From Patescibacteria group bacterium (lineage in GTDB: Bacteria > Patescibacteriota > Minisyncoccia > UBA6257 > UBA9933), in contig JBBTPY010000008.1 in assembly GCA_038065955.1 (NCBI GenBank), positions 4,697 to 68,696 of the forward strand: a stretch of 64,000 bases of DNA. Direction: 5' to 3'. The notes beneath the pieces were generated by a model. It was not told where the DNA came from, ran no database searches, and saw only the letters and a list, made by a program, of their open reading frames with translations. The translations under genes were made by a program, and so were the position numbers. This document shows positions 44,585 through 53,149 of this stretch, piece by piece. The stretch's first letter is position 1, and each line of letters opens with the position of its first letter.

Positions 44585-46117
44585 TTATTCTTTTTCTCTT
44601 ATTCTATATTGAAAGGCCTCGGCCAAGTGGTTGCCGCTGACTTTTTCTTCGCCTTCAAGGTCGGCGATGGTTTGGCTGATTTTTAAAATTCGGTAATAGC
44701 CGCGCGCCGAGATAAAAGATTTTTCCAGAATGTTTTTCAGAAAAATTTCAGCATCGGGAGAAAATTTTACCGTTTCATCGGTTTGTTTTGAACTCATTTC
44801 GGAATTGAGCCGGATGCGAGGCTTGGTTTTGATAAAGCGTTTTTCCTGGATTTCGCGGGTCCGGGCGATTTGGCTTTTGATTTTTTCTCCGGAATTGTCG
44901 CGTTTTTGTTTCCTTAATTCTTCGATTTTTACCCGCGGCACTTCAATTTGAATGTCAATTCGGTCAAGGAGCGGGCCGGAGATTTTTTTCTGATAACGAA
45001 AAACTTCGTTGGCGCTGCATTTACATTCTTTTTCCGGGTCGTTGAAATGGCCGCAGGGGCAGGGATTCATCGCGGCGGCGAGCATAAATTTCGCCGGAAA
45101 AGTTAGAACGCCTTTGGCGCGAGAAATACAAACGTCGCCGGTTTCAAGCGGTTGACGCAGGCCTTCCAAGAGGTCGCGCCGAAATTCCGGAATTTCATCA
45201 AGAAATAAAACTCCGCGATGCGCCAGACTGATTTCTCCCGGCTTGGGATTGGCTCCGCCGCCGATTACCGAAACCATTGAAGCGCTGTGATGCGGCGCCC
45301 GAAATGGCCGAAAATTGATAAAAGAATGTTTACCCAAAACTCCGGCCGCGGAATAGATTTGAGTAATTTCAACGGCTTCTTCCAGAGACGGCGCCGGAAG
45401 AATTGAGGCCAAAGCTTGGGCCAGCATTGTTTTTCCGGCGCCCGGAGGCCCGGACATTAAAATATTGTGGCCGCCGGAGGAGGCAATTATTAAAGCCCTT
45501 TTGGCGTTTTCCTGGCCTTTGATTTCGGAAATATCAAGGAGCGCGTCGCCGACCGGCTGGACTTCCGTCGGTTTTTGAAAATCAATCAATTGGCGGTTTT
45601 CCAAATGATTAATTAATTCTTCCAGATTTGAGACCGGTATAATTTTGATTCCCTTGATAACCGCGGCTTCGGCGGCGTTTTGTTTGGGCAGAAAAATAAA
45701 ATTAAAGCCGAGCCGTTCGGCCATTTTGGCGATATTTAAGCTGCCGTTGATTGACCTGAGCGAGCCGTCCAAAGAAAGTTCGCCGGTAAAAATTTTATCT
45801 TCGGTTTCAAACGGTTTTATCTGTTTAGTCGCCAATAAATATCCTGTGGCAATGGCTAAATCATATTGCGAGCCGGTTTTTTTAATATCGGCCGGCGCCA
45901 AATTGACCGTGATTTTTCGGTTTTCTTTGGTCGGCGGTTTGACGCCGGAATTTTTTAAAGCCGAGCTTACTCGTTCTTTCGCTTCGTTAAGGGCTTTATC
46001 CGCCAGCCCGACGATATTAAAAGAGTGGAGGCCGATATTAATATCAACCTCCACTTCTATTAATTTTGATTCAATGCCTTCAAGTTCGGCGGAATATACT
46101 TTGGAAAAATTCTTCAT
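44585..46117 (-). CDS. comM: ComM/YifB Mg-chelatase-like AAA+ helicase
   Basis: NLAPADIKKTGSQYDL, GPPGAGKT, PFRAPHHS, MNPCPCG. Confidence 0.93.
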   Translation of the reverse strand: MKNFSKVYSAELEGIESKLIEVEVDINIGLHSFNIVGLADKALNEAKERVSSALKNSGVKPPTKENRKITVNLAPADIKKTGSQYDLAIATGYLLATKQIKPFETEDKIFTGELSLDGSLRSINGSLNIAKMAERLGFNFIFLPKQNAAEAAVIKGIKIIPVSNLEELINHLENRQLIDFQKPTEVQPVGDALLDISEIKGQENAKRALIIASSGGHNILMSGPPGAGKTMLAQALASILPAPSLEEAVEITQIYSAAGVLGKHSFINFRPFRAPHHSASMVSVIGGGANPKPGEISLAHRGVLFLDEIPEFRRDLLEGLRQPLETGDVCISRAKGVLTFPAKFMLAAAMNPCPCGHFNDPEKECKCSANEVFRYQKKISGPLLDRIDIQIEVPRVKIEELRKQKRDNSGEKIKSQIARTREIQEKRFIKTKPRIRLNSEMSSKQTDETVKFSPDAEIFLKNILEKSFISARGYYRILKISQTIADLEGEEKVSGNHLAEAFQYRIREKE

Positions 46118-46123
46118 TTTAAC

Positions 46124-46456
46124 TTAGTTCGCCTTTTTACATTTTTGGCACAATCTTGATTCCGGATTTATTTGGAGAAGTTTTAAAGCGATTTCGTCTT
46201 TGCATTTTTCGCAAACGCCGTATTTGCCGTTTTGGATTTTTTTCAGAGCGGAATTGATATCCGCCAGCCGATTTTTATAGGTTTGAACAAGCGCCAATTG
46301 GTTGCTTAATTCTTCTGATTCGTCCGTTTCTTCATCCGGGTCGACATCGCTGCCGAAATCCGGCATATCTTTGTGCCGTTTAAGTTCTTCTTCAATTTCC
46401 GTTTTTTCTTCAGTCAGTTTCTTTTTAAGTTTGTTTAATTCCGTTTTAGCGAACAT
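46124..46456 (-). CDS. TraR/DksA C4-type zinc finger protein
   Basis: ALKKIQNGKYGVCEKC...LCQKC. Confidence 0.88.
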   Translation of the reverse strand: MFAKTELNKLKKKLTEEKTEIEEELKRHKDMPDFGSDVDPDEETDESEELSNQLALVQTYKNRLADINSALKKIQNGKYGVCEKCKDEIALKLLQINPESRLCQKCKKAN

Positions 46457-46463
46457 TTTATGA

Positions 46464-46700
46464 TTATAGCAATTTAGACGTTAAATAATAAGCGAGAAAT
46501 CCCAGGCCGAGAGTGGCGATTAAAATACCGATGGTTAAAATAATTATTTTAGAATTATTTTTTGTTTCGTTCACGGATTGAACCGGTTGAATCAGCGTCA
46601 GGTCGCCGCCGCTTTCTTTAATTGATTTAATATCCGAAGCCATGGTGCGAATTTCAATATTATCAGGCGGAGGAGGCGGCGTTGAATCTTGATTTGCCAT
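46464..46700 (-). CDS. Small hypothetical protein with C-terminal TM
   Basis: IRTMASDI motif and C-terminal hydrophobic helix. Confidence 0.55.
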   Translation of the reverse strand: MANQDSTPPPPPDNIEIRTMASDIKSIKESGGDLTLIQPVQSVNETKNNSKIIILTIGILIATLGLGFLAYYLTSKLL

Positions 46701-46743
46701 TTTTAAATTGTAAAAAAAATATCATTAAGAGTCAATCTTGACG

Positions 46744-47679
46744 CTATCTTCTTTTTCCGTGAAACGCTTTGTGGATTTCGTAAAGTCCTTTATTGGTTAA
46801 GTGTGTATATATTTGAGTGGTGGAAACGCTGGCGTGCCCCAAAAGTTCTTGAACCGCTTTAAGGTCGGCGCCATTGACAAGTAAATCGGTGGCGAAGTTG
46901 TGGCGGATTTGATGGGGATGGATTTTTTTGGAAATTCCGGCTTTGCGACCGTAGAAATCAATTAATCGTTGGATGGTTCGGGGAATAATTCGGCCGATAA
47001 TTTTTTGGTTTTTTGATTTGGTTAAACTGATAAATAAAGCCTCTTCGGCGTCAACTCTTTTGTTTAAATAATTTTTAATGGCGGTTTTGGCGCGTTCAGA
47101 TAAAAAAACGACTCTGATTTTTCCGCCTTTGCCGCGGACCGAAATTTCGCCGCGGTTTAAGTCAAAATAGCGGTTTAATCCGCAAAGTTCCGAAATTCTC
47201 AGGCCGGTTGAAAATAATATTTCCAAAATCGCTTTGTCGCGCAATGATTTAAGGTTATTGCTGCCGGGAGCGTTGAGTAGTCTTTCCAGATCGTTATATT
47301 CAATAACTTCAATTTGGCGCTGGGGGATTTTAGGCAGTTCAATTTTATCCGGCGAAAGAACGGCAAAATCGTTTTTAATTAAGTATTTAAGAAAATTTCT
47401 CAGGGCGATAATATAATAGCTTTGAGTATTTTTTTTATAAATTTCATTTTTTTCGGTTTTTCGGCGCGCTAAATAAAGGCGGAAATCGCGCACGGCGTCC
47501 GATGTAATATTTTTTTCGTTTTTAATTTCTGCAAAATTCAGAAAAGATTTGAGATAATGTTCATAATTTCTGCGAGTTTTCGGCGAGCGGTTTTTTTCAA
47601 TTTCCAGATAGTCAAGATAATTTTTAAGAAGAATTTTGATGTCCATAATTAAATGAATTAAGAATTTCGCGTTATTCAT
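46744..47679 (-). CDS. XerC/XerD-like tyrosine recombinase
   Basis: STGLRISE, GKGGK, HQIRH, LLGH, TTQIY: complete R-K-H-R-H-Y set; start may be 47646. Confidence 0.93.
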   Translation of the reverse strand: MNNAKFLIHLIMDIKILLKNYLDYLEIEKNRSPKTRRNYEHYLKSFLNFAEIKNEKNITSDAVRDFRLYLARRKTEKNEIYKKNTQSYYIIALRNFLKYLIKNDFAVLSPDKIELPKIPQRQIEVIEYNDLERLLNAPGSNNLKSLRDKAILEILFSTGLRISELCGLNRYFDLNRGEISVRGKGGKIRVVFLSERAKTAIKNYLNKRVDAEEALFISLTKSKNQKIIGRIIPRTIQRLIDFYGRKAGISKKIHPHQIRHNFATDLLVNGADLKAVQELLGHASVSTTQIYTHLTNKGLYEIHKAFHGKRR

Positions 47680-47701
47680 AATTCTTGCTTCATTATTCTT
47701 A

Positions 47702-47774
47702 TTTTACAGGAGAATATTTAATGTTTCAGCCAATTTCGGTTATTTCAACGATCGTTGAAATAACCGAAATTGAT
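47702..47774 (+). repeat. ~75-bp direct repeat copy 2 with perfect 42-bp palindrome (family 2, 47731-47772)
   Basis: Palindrome identical to 23914-23955; shared TTTTACAGGAGAA.ATTTAATGTTTCAGC flank. Confidence 0.95.
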
Positions 47775-47870
47775 TAAAATACGGAAATTTTTGACTTCCT
47801 ATTTTTAGTGGGACTTGCTTTTTATTTTTAAAAAGTTTATTATAATTTAATTATCGACTTTGTTATTTAT

Positions 47871-48140
47871 ATGGCTTTAACGCTTCGTCAAAAACAAAAT
47901 ATCGTCAAAGAGCATGGTCTTCACGAAAAAGATACCGGTTCGGTAGAAATTCAGGCTGCGATTTTAACAAAGCAAATAAATCAATTAACGGATCACTTAA
48001 AAGACAACCCTAAAGACAATCATTCTCGTCGAGGGCTGTTAAAGATGGTCGGGAAAAGAAAAAAATTGCTTGACTATTTAGCTAAAAATAATCAGAAAAG
48101 TTATACCGGTTTGATAAAAAAGTTGGGCTTGAAGAAATAA
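47871..48140 (+). CDS. rpsO: 30S ribosomal protein S15
   Basis: DTGSVEIQ, HSRRGLLKMVGKR. Confidence 0.97.
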   Translation: MALTLRQKQNIVKEHGLHEKDTGSVEIQAAILTKQINQLTDHLKDNPKDNHSRRGLLKMVGKRKKLLDYLAKNNQKSYTGLIKKLGLKK

Positions 48141-48141
48141 T

Positions 48142-48654
48142 ATGATTCACGAAGGTCAGCGCATCGGCATATTTATTGATATTCAAAATCTTTATCATTC
48201 GGCGAAGAATCTTTATCGCGGCCGGGTGAATTATAAGGAGCTGATTAAAATTTTGACAAAAAACAGGATATTAATAAGAGCGCTCGGTTATGTCGTTAAA
48301 AGCGAAATTACTACGACTCAAACTTCATTGGAGTCTTCATTTTTTGAAGCTTTGGAGAAAGTTGGCGTTGAATTGCGGATTAAAGACCTTCAAGTTTATC
48401 CGGGCGGCTTTAAAAAAGCCGATTGGGACGTGGGGATGGCGGTTGACGCCATAAGAATGGCTGGTTCTTTGGACGCGATTATTTTAGCGACCGGCGACGG
48501 CGATTTTGTGCCTTTAGTTGAATATCTTAAATGGGGATTAGGTAAAGAAGTTGAAGTGGCGGCTTTCGGTCGCAGCGCTTCCGGGAAACTTAAAGAAGCG
48601 GCGGATTTTTTTATTGATTTGGAAAAAATACCGAGAGTGATAATAAAAAAGTAA
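48142..48654 (+). CDS. NYN domain (LabA/DUF88) protein
   Basis: FIDIQNLY, KADWDV, TGDGDF. Confidence 0.9.
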   Translation: MIHEGQRIGIFIDIQNLYHSAKNLYRGRVNYKELIKILTKNRILIRALGYVVKSEITTTQTSLESSFFEALEKVGVELRIKDLQVYPGGFKKADWDVGMAVDAIRMAGSLDAIILATGDGDFVPLVEYLKWGLGKEVEVAAFGRSASGKLKEAADFFIDLEKIPRVIIKK

Positions 48655-48676
48655 GAAATTTATAACATTATAAACT

Positions 48677-50770
48677 ATGTTGAACAGACAACAATTTACA
48701 ACTGAAGTCGCCGGAAAAACTTTAACTTTGGAAATTTCCGATTTGGCCGGCCAGGCTAATGCCGCCGTTTTAGGGACTTATGGCGACACTTCGGTTTTAG
48801 CGACCGCTGTAATGGGCAAAGAGGACAGGAATATTGATTATTTTCCTTTAACCGTTGATTATGAAGAGCGTTTTTACGCGGCCGGTAAAATTATCGGAAG
48901 CCGTTTTATTCGGCGCGAAGGCCGGCCTTCAGAGGCGGCCGTTCTTTCCGGTCGGTTGATTGACAGAAGTATTCGGCCGCTTTTTGACCATCGTTTGCGC
49001 CGCGACGTTCAGATTGTCATTACAGTTCTTTCTTACGACGAAGTGAACGACCCGGATTTTATTTCTTTGATTTCCGCTTCCGCGGCTTTGGCGATTTCTT
49101 CAATCCCGTGGAACGGGCCGATTGCCGGCGCAAGAGTCGCCAAGACAACCGACGGCGAAACGATTATCAATCCCTTGAATTCTTTGTTTGCTGACCGTTC
49201 AAAAATTATTTTTGATTCTTTCGTGGCTGGCAGCGCAGATAAAATTAACATGATTGAGCTTGGCGGCAACGAGGCCGAGGAAGAAGACATTGTTAAAAGT
49301 TTTGAATTGGCGCAGGGAGAAATTAAAAAACTGATTGATTTTCAAAAAGAAATAGTTAAAAAAACAGGCAAGTCCAAGGCGGAGGTTTTTTTGGCGGAAC
49401 CCGCTCCCGAACTTAAAGAAAAAATAAGTTCTTTTTTAAAGGGGAGGTTAGAGGAAGCGGTTTATGTAAAAGAAAAAATTGAGCGCGGAGATAAAATAGC
49501 CGAACTTAAAAATTCCTTAAAAGCCCATTTGGCGCAGGAAGGAATCGTTGACGGATCGGTTGACGCTTTATTTGAAAATGAACTTGATAAATTGGTTCAT
49601 CAAAATGTTATTGAATTCGAAAAACGGCCGGACGGGAGGAAACTTGACGAAGTTCGCAAGCTTTACGCGGAAATCGGATTATTTAAGCGTCTTCACGGTT
49701 CGGCGTTGTTTATGCGCGGTAATACCCAATCTTTGGCGGTAACCACTTTGGCGGCTCCCGGCGCCGCGCAGTTGATTGAAACGATGGAGATAACGGACAG
49801 GCGCCGATTTATGCTCCATTATAATTTTCCGCCTTATTCGGTTGGCGAAATCGGCCGCTTGGGCATGCCGGGCCGGCGGGAGATCGGCCATGGCAATTTG
49901 GCCGATAAAACTATAAGGCCATTAATCCCGAATCCCGACGAGTTTCCCTACACTATCCGTGTAGTTTCGGAGATTATGTCTTCAAACGGTTCATCTTCGA
50001 TGGCTTCGGTTTGCGCGGCTTCGTTGTCTTTAATGGATGCCGGCGTGCCGATTAAAAAGCCGGCGGCCGGCGTTGCAATGGGGCTGATGAGTTCGCCGGA
50101 TGGGAGTTATAAAATTTTGACCGATATTCAGGGGCCGGAAGACCATTACGGCGATATGGATTGTAAAGTCGGCGGCACGGCCGATGGCGTTACCGCTATT
50201 CAAATGGACGTTAAAATTGAAGGCGTTACTTGCGGGATAATTAAAGAGGTTTTGGCGCAAACAAAAAAAGCTCGTTTGGAAATTTTAGAAACGATGAATA
50301 AGACGATTAACAAACCAAGGCCGCATGTTTCTTCTTACGCTCCGATTATTATGACTTTGGAAATTGACCCGCAGCGGATAGGAGAAGTAATCGGTCCGGG
50401 CGGGAAAATGATTAAAAAAATCACTAAAGATACCGGCGTGGACGCGATTGATATTGAAGACAGTGGCAGAATTTTCGTGGCCGCGGCCGACCCTGAAAAA
50501 GTTCAGGCGGCGATTGAATATATTAAAGCGATAACTTACGAATTTAATATTGGAGAGACCGTTGAAGGAGAAGTGATTAAAATTCTGGATTTCGGCGCCA
50601 TCGTTGATTTGGGCGGCGAAAGAGACGGAATGATTCATATTTCCGAATTAAAAAACGGTTTTGTTGAGAAAGTGGAAGATGTCGTAAGAATCGGCGATAT
50701 CGTAAGGGCGAAAGTGGTTAAGGTTGAAAATGGAAAAATTGGGTTATCATTAAAAGCCCTGAAGGAATAA
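48677..50770 (+). CDS. pnp: Polyribonucleotide nucleotidyltransferase
   Basis: RREIGHG, SNGSSSMASVC, GDMD, KH and S1 domains. Confidence 0.97.
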   Translation: MLNRQQFTTEVAGKTLTLEISDLAGQANAAVLGTYGDTSVLATAVMGKEDRNIDYFPLTVDYEERFYAAGKIIGSRFIRREGRPSEAAVLSGRLIDRSIRPLFDHRLRRDVQIVITVLSYDEVNDPDFISLISASAALAISSIPWNGPIAGARVAKTTDGETIINPLNSLFADRSKIIFDSFVAGSADKINMIELGGNEAEEEDIVKSFELAQGEIKKLIDFQKEIVKKTGKSKAEVFLAEPAPELKEKISSFLKGRLEEAVYVKEKIERGDKIAELKNSLKAHLAQEGIVDGSVDALFENELDKLVHQNVIEFEKRPDGRKLDEVRKLYAEIGLFKRLHGSALFMRGNTQSLAVTTLAAPGAAQLIETMEITDRRRFMLHYNFPPYSVGEIGRLGMPGRREIGHGNLADKTIRPLIPNPDEFPYTIRVVSEIMSSNGSSSMASVCAASLSLMDAGVPIKKPAAGVAMGLMSSPDGSYKILTDIQGPEDHYGDMDCKVGGTADGVTAIQMDVKIEGVTCGIIKEVLAQTKKARLEILETMNKTINKPRPHVSSYAPIIMTLEIDPQRIGEVIGPGGKMIKKITKDTGVDAIDIEDSGRIFVAAADPEKVQAAIEYIKAITYEFNIGETVEGEVIKILDFGAIVDLGGERDGMIHISELKNGFVEKVEDVVRIGDIVRAKVVKVENGKIGLSLKALKE

Positions 50771-50785
50771 TTATTCGTTATTCAA

Positions 50786-51040
50786 TTATTTAATCAATAC
50801 GCTCAATCTTGATTTCAATCTACTCGCTTTATTCTTTTTGATTAGATTGATTTTAGCCGATTTATCCAATTTTTTATAAACCTGCGGCAGATAGTTTTTC
50901 GCCTCTTCTTTTTTCCCGGCGGCGATTAATTTTTTGTAATCTTTAATAACCGATTTAAGTTCGGTTTTTCTTTTAAGATTTATGGTTCGACGCCGGACAT
51001 TTTGGCGCAAAGCTTTTTTGGCGGATGATGTAATTGGCAT
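50786..51040 (-). CDS. rpsT: 30S ribosomal protein S20
   Basis: MPITSSAKKALRQ...KNKASRLKSRL. Confidence 0.95.
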   Translation of the reverse strand: MPITSSAKKALRQNVRRRTINLKRKTELKSVIKDYKKLIAAGKKEEAKNYLPQVYKKLDKSAKINLIKKNKASRLKSRLSVLIK

Positions 51041-51103
51041 AATAAATAGAATATAGAATGCCGCTTTTAATGTCAATGTTTTTGAAATATAATGATACTT
51101 TGT

Positions 51104-52945
51104 ATGATTTATTCGCTTTTTGGGAAATTAATCGTTAAAAATTCTCAATTTGCCGTTATTGAGGCAAACGGCATCGGTTTTAAAATTTTTATTTCAATAA
51201 AAGTTTTCCAACAGTTGCCGAAAATCGGTTCGCGCCTGAAGCTGTTTTGTTATTCTCATATCAGGCAGGATGGCTTTGAATTGTACGGTTTTTTAACGGA
51301 AGAAGAGCTGAAAATTTTTGAATTATTGAATTCCATTAGTAATATCGGGCCGAAAATCGCTTTAAAACTTTTAGGTTCGTTAAAAATCGACGCGCTTTCG
51401 GCGGCCGTTGATAGCGGCCGGACGGAGCTTTTGATGAAGACTTCCGGTATCGGTAAAAAAACGGCCGAAAGAATCATTTTAGAGCTTCGCGGGAAAATTA
51501 AAAGCGGGAAAAATGAAGAAATTATCGCTTTAATGGAAGCGGATGACGATATTGAGTTGGCTTTAAAGAAAATGGGATATAAATCGGTTGAAATTAAATC
51601 GGCGTTAAAAAATATTTCTCCGAAAATTAAAAAGGTTGAAGAAAGATTAAAAGCGGCGCTGAAGATTCTTTTATTATCTGTTTTTTTGATTTTTTTCTCT
51701 GTTAACGCGGTTTTAGCCGCCGCGCCGCAGGAGCTTAAGGATTCTATTTCTAAAAAAGCCGAAGGCCTCAAAAAAATTAATGAACAAATTCAGGAAGTTC
51801 AGAAAAATTTGGAAGAGACCAAAGAAGAGCAAAAGACCTTGAAAAAAGAAATCGGCAAAGTGAATAGTCAGCTTAATCAATTGGAGCTGGGGATTAAATC
51901 AAGCGAGATTTTCATTGAAAAAGCGGCGCTGGAAGCGGAATCTTTGGAATATGACATTTTTGACTTAGAAGAGCAGATTAAAAATAAAAAAGAGGCGGTG
52001 GCAGAAGCTTTAAGAGAGCTTCAGGAAAATGACGAAGAAACGCCTTTGCGGATTTTTTTAAAAAATAAAAGTTTGGCGGAAAGCGTTTTTGAAGTTCAGA
52101 GTCTGGCCGATATTGGCAGTAATTTGTCGGAACGAATCGGTGAAATGCGGAATTTTAAAATTCAATTGGAAGAAAAATTGGAAGAATCCGCCGGTAAAAA
52201 ACGGGCCAAGGAAATTGAAAGCGTTAATTTAAAAAATAAAAAAGTGATTGTTGCGGAAATAAAAAACAATAAACAGTCTCTTTTGGAAACAACGAAAAAT
52301 CAGGAAAAAAATTATCAGAAAAATTTAAACGAATTAGAGAAAATTCGGGAAGAAATCGCCGATGAAATTGACAAACTTGAAGAAGAATTACGCCTTAAGA
52401 TTGATCCTTCGGCTTTGCCGGCTTTCCGACCGGGCGTTTTGGCTGTACCGGTTCCGGTTCCGCCGGCGCGGGCAAATTTCAGCCATGGCCAGACTCACGG
52501 CTTTACCAGAAATAACGGCAAGAGATATCATAATGGTTTGGATTTCGGAGCGCCGCTCGGAACGCCAATTTTTTCCGCCGAATCCGGTAAGGTAATCGCG
52601 GTCGGCGACCAGGATAATTATAAAACCAACGGGAAAAAATTATGCTGGCGAGGGGCTTACGGAAAGTTTGTTTTAATAAAACACGAAAATAATCTTACCA
52701 CTCTTTACGCTCATTTAAGCCTTTGGAAGGTTAAAGTCGGCGATTCGGTCAAGCGCGGCGAGGTAATCGGTTATGTCGGCAACACCGGCCGTTCAACGGG
52801 TTCGCATCTTCATTTTACGGTTTATAGCAGTCAAACCATTCCGCCGGCCACGGACGGTTTTTATGAGGGTACGAGGAGTTCTCGCATTTGCGGGCCTTTG
52901 CCGGTCGGAGGAGATTTGGACCCGGAAAAATATTTGGCGCTATAG
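51104..52945 (+). CDS. ruvA: RuvA fused in frame to TM/signal segment, coiled coil and M23 peptidase
   Basis: MIYSLFGK...LYGF...IGPKIAL...GIGKKTAERIILELRGK...ALKKMGY, then LKILLLSVFLIFFSVNAVLAA, coiled coil, HNGLD / YAHL / HLH. Confidence 0.88.
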   Translation: MIYSLFGKLIVKNSQFAVIEANGIGFKIFISIKVFQQLPKIGSRLKLFCYSHIRQDGFELYGFLTEEELKIFELLNSISNIGPKIALKLLGSLKIDALSAAVDSGRTELLMKTSGIGKKTAERIILELRGKIKSGKNEEIIALMEADDDIELALKKMGYKSVEIKSALKNISPKIKKVEERLKAALKILLLSVFLIFFSVNAVLAAAPQELKDSISKKAEGLKKINEQIQEVQKNLEETKEEQKTLKKEIGKVNSQLNQLELGIKSSEIFIEKAALEAESLEYDIFDLEEQIKNKKEAVAEALRELQENDEETPLRIFLKNKSLAESVFEVQSLADIGSNLSERIGEMRNFKIQLEEKLEESAGKKRAKEIESVNLKNKKVIVAEIKNNKQSLLETTKNQEKNYQKNLNELEKIREEIADEIDKLEEELRLKIDPSALPAFRPGVLAVPVPVPPARANFSHGQTHGFTRNNGKRYHNGLDFGAPLGTPIFSAESGKVIAVGDQDNYKTNGKKLCWRGAYGKFVLIKHENNLTTLYAHLSLWKVKVGDSVKRGEVIGYVGNTGRSTGSHLHFTVYSSQTIPPATDGFYEGTRSSRICGPLPVGGDLDPEKYLAL

Positions 52946-53149
52946 AGAGTCGTTATTGTTTTCCGTTAAAAAATCAATTTTAACAAGTCTTTCAAGAGTT
53001 TCTTGGTTATTAAAACCGAATGACAAAGAAGATTGGCTGAAAATAAGATTCGCTATTAAAATCGCGACAATGAAAATGCCCCAATAGGAAATTGGGGACG
53101 ACCATTCCGGCAGATTTTTAATTTTTAAAATAATCGTATTAATTTATTA

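Noticed and set aside
52970-53135. Minus-strand ~55-codon frame with a TM-like segment (WGIFIVAILIANLIF)
   Set aside because: No ATG/GTG/TTG start and bounded by stops; at most a remnant
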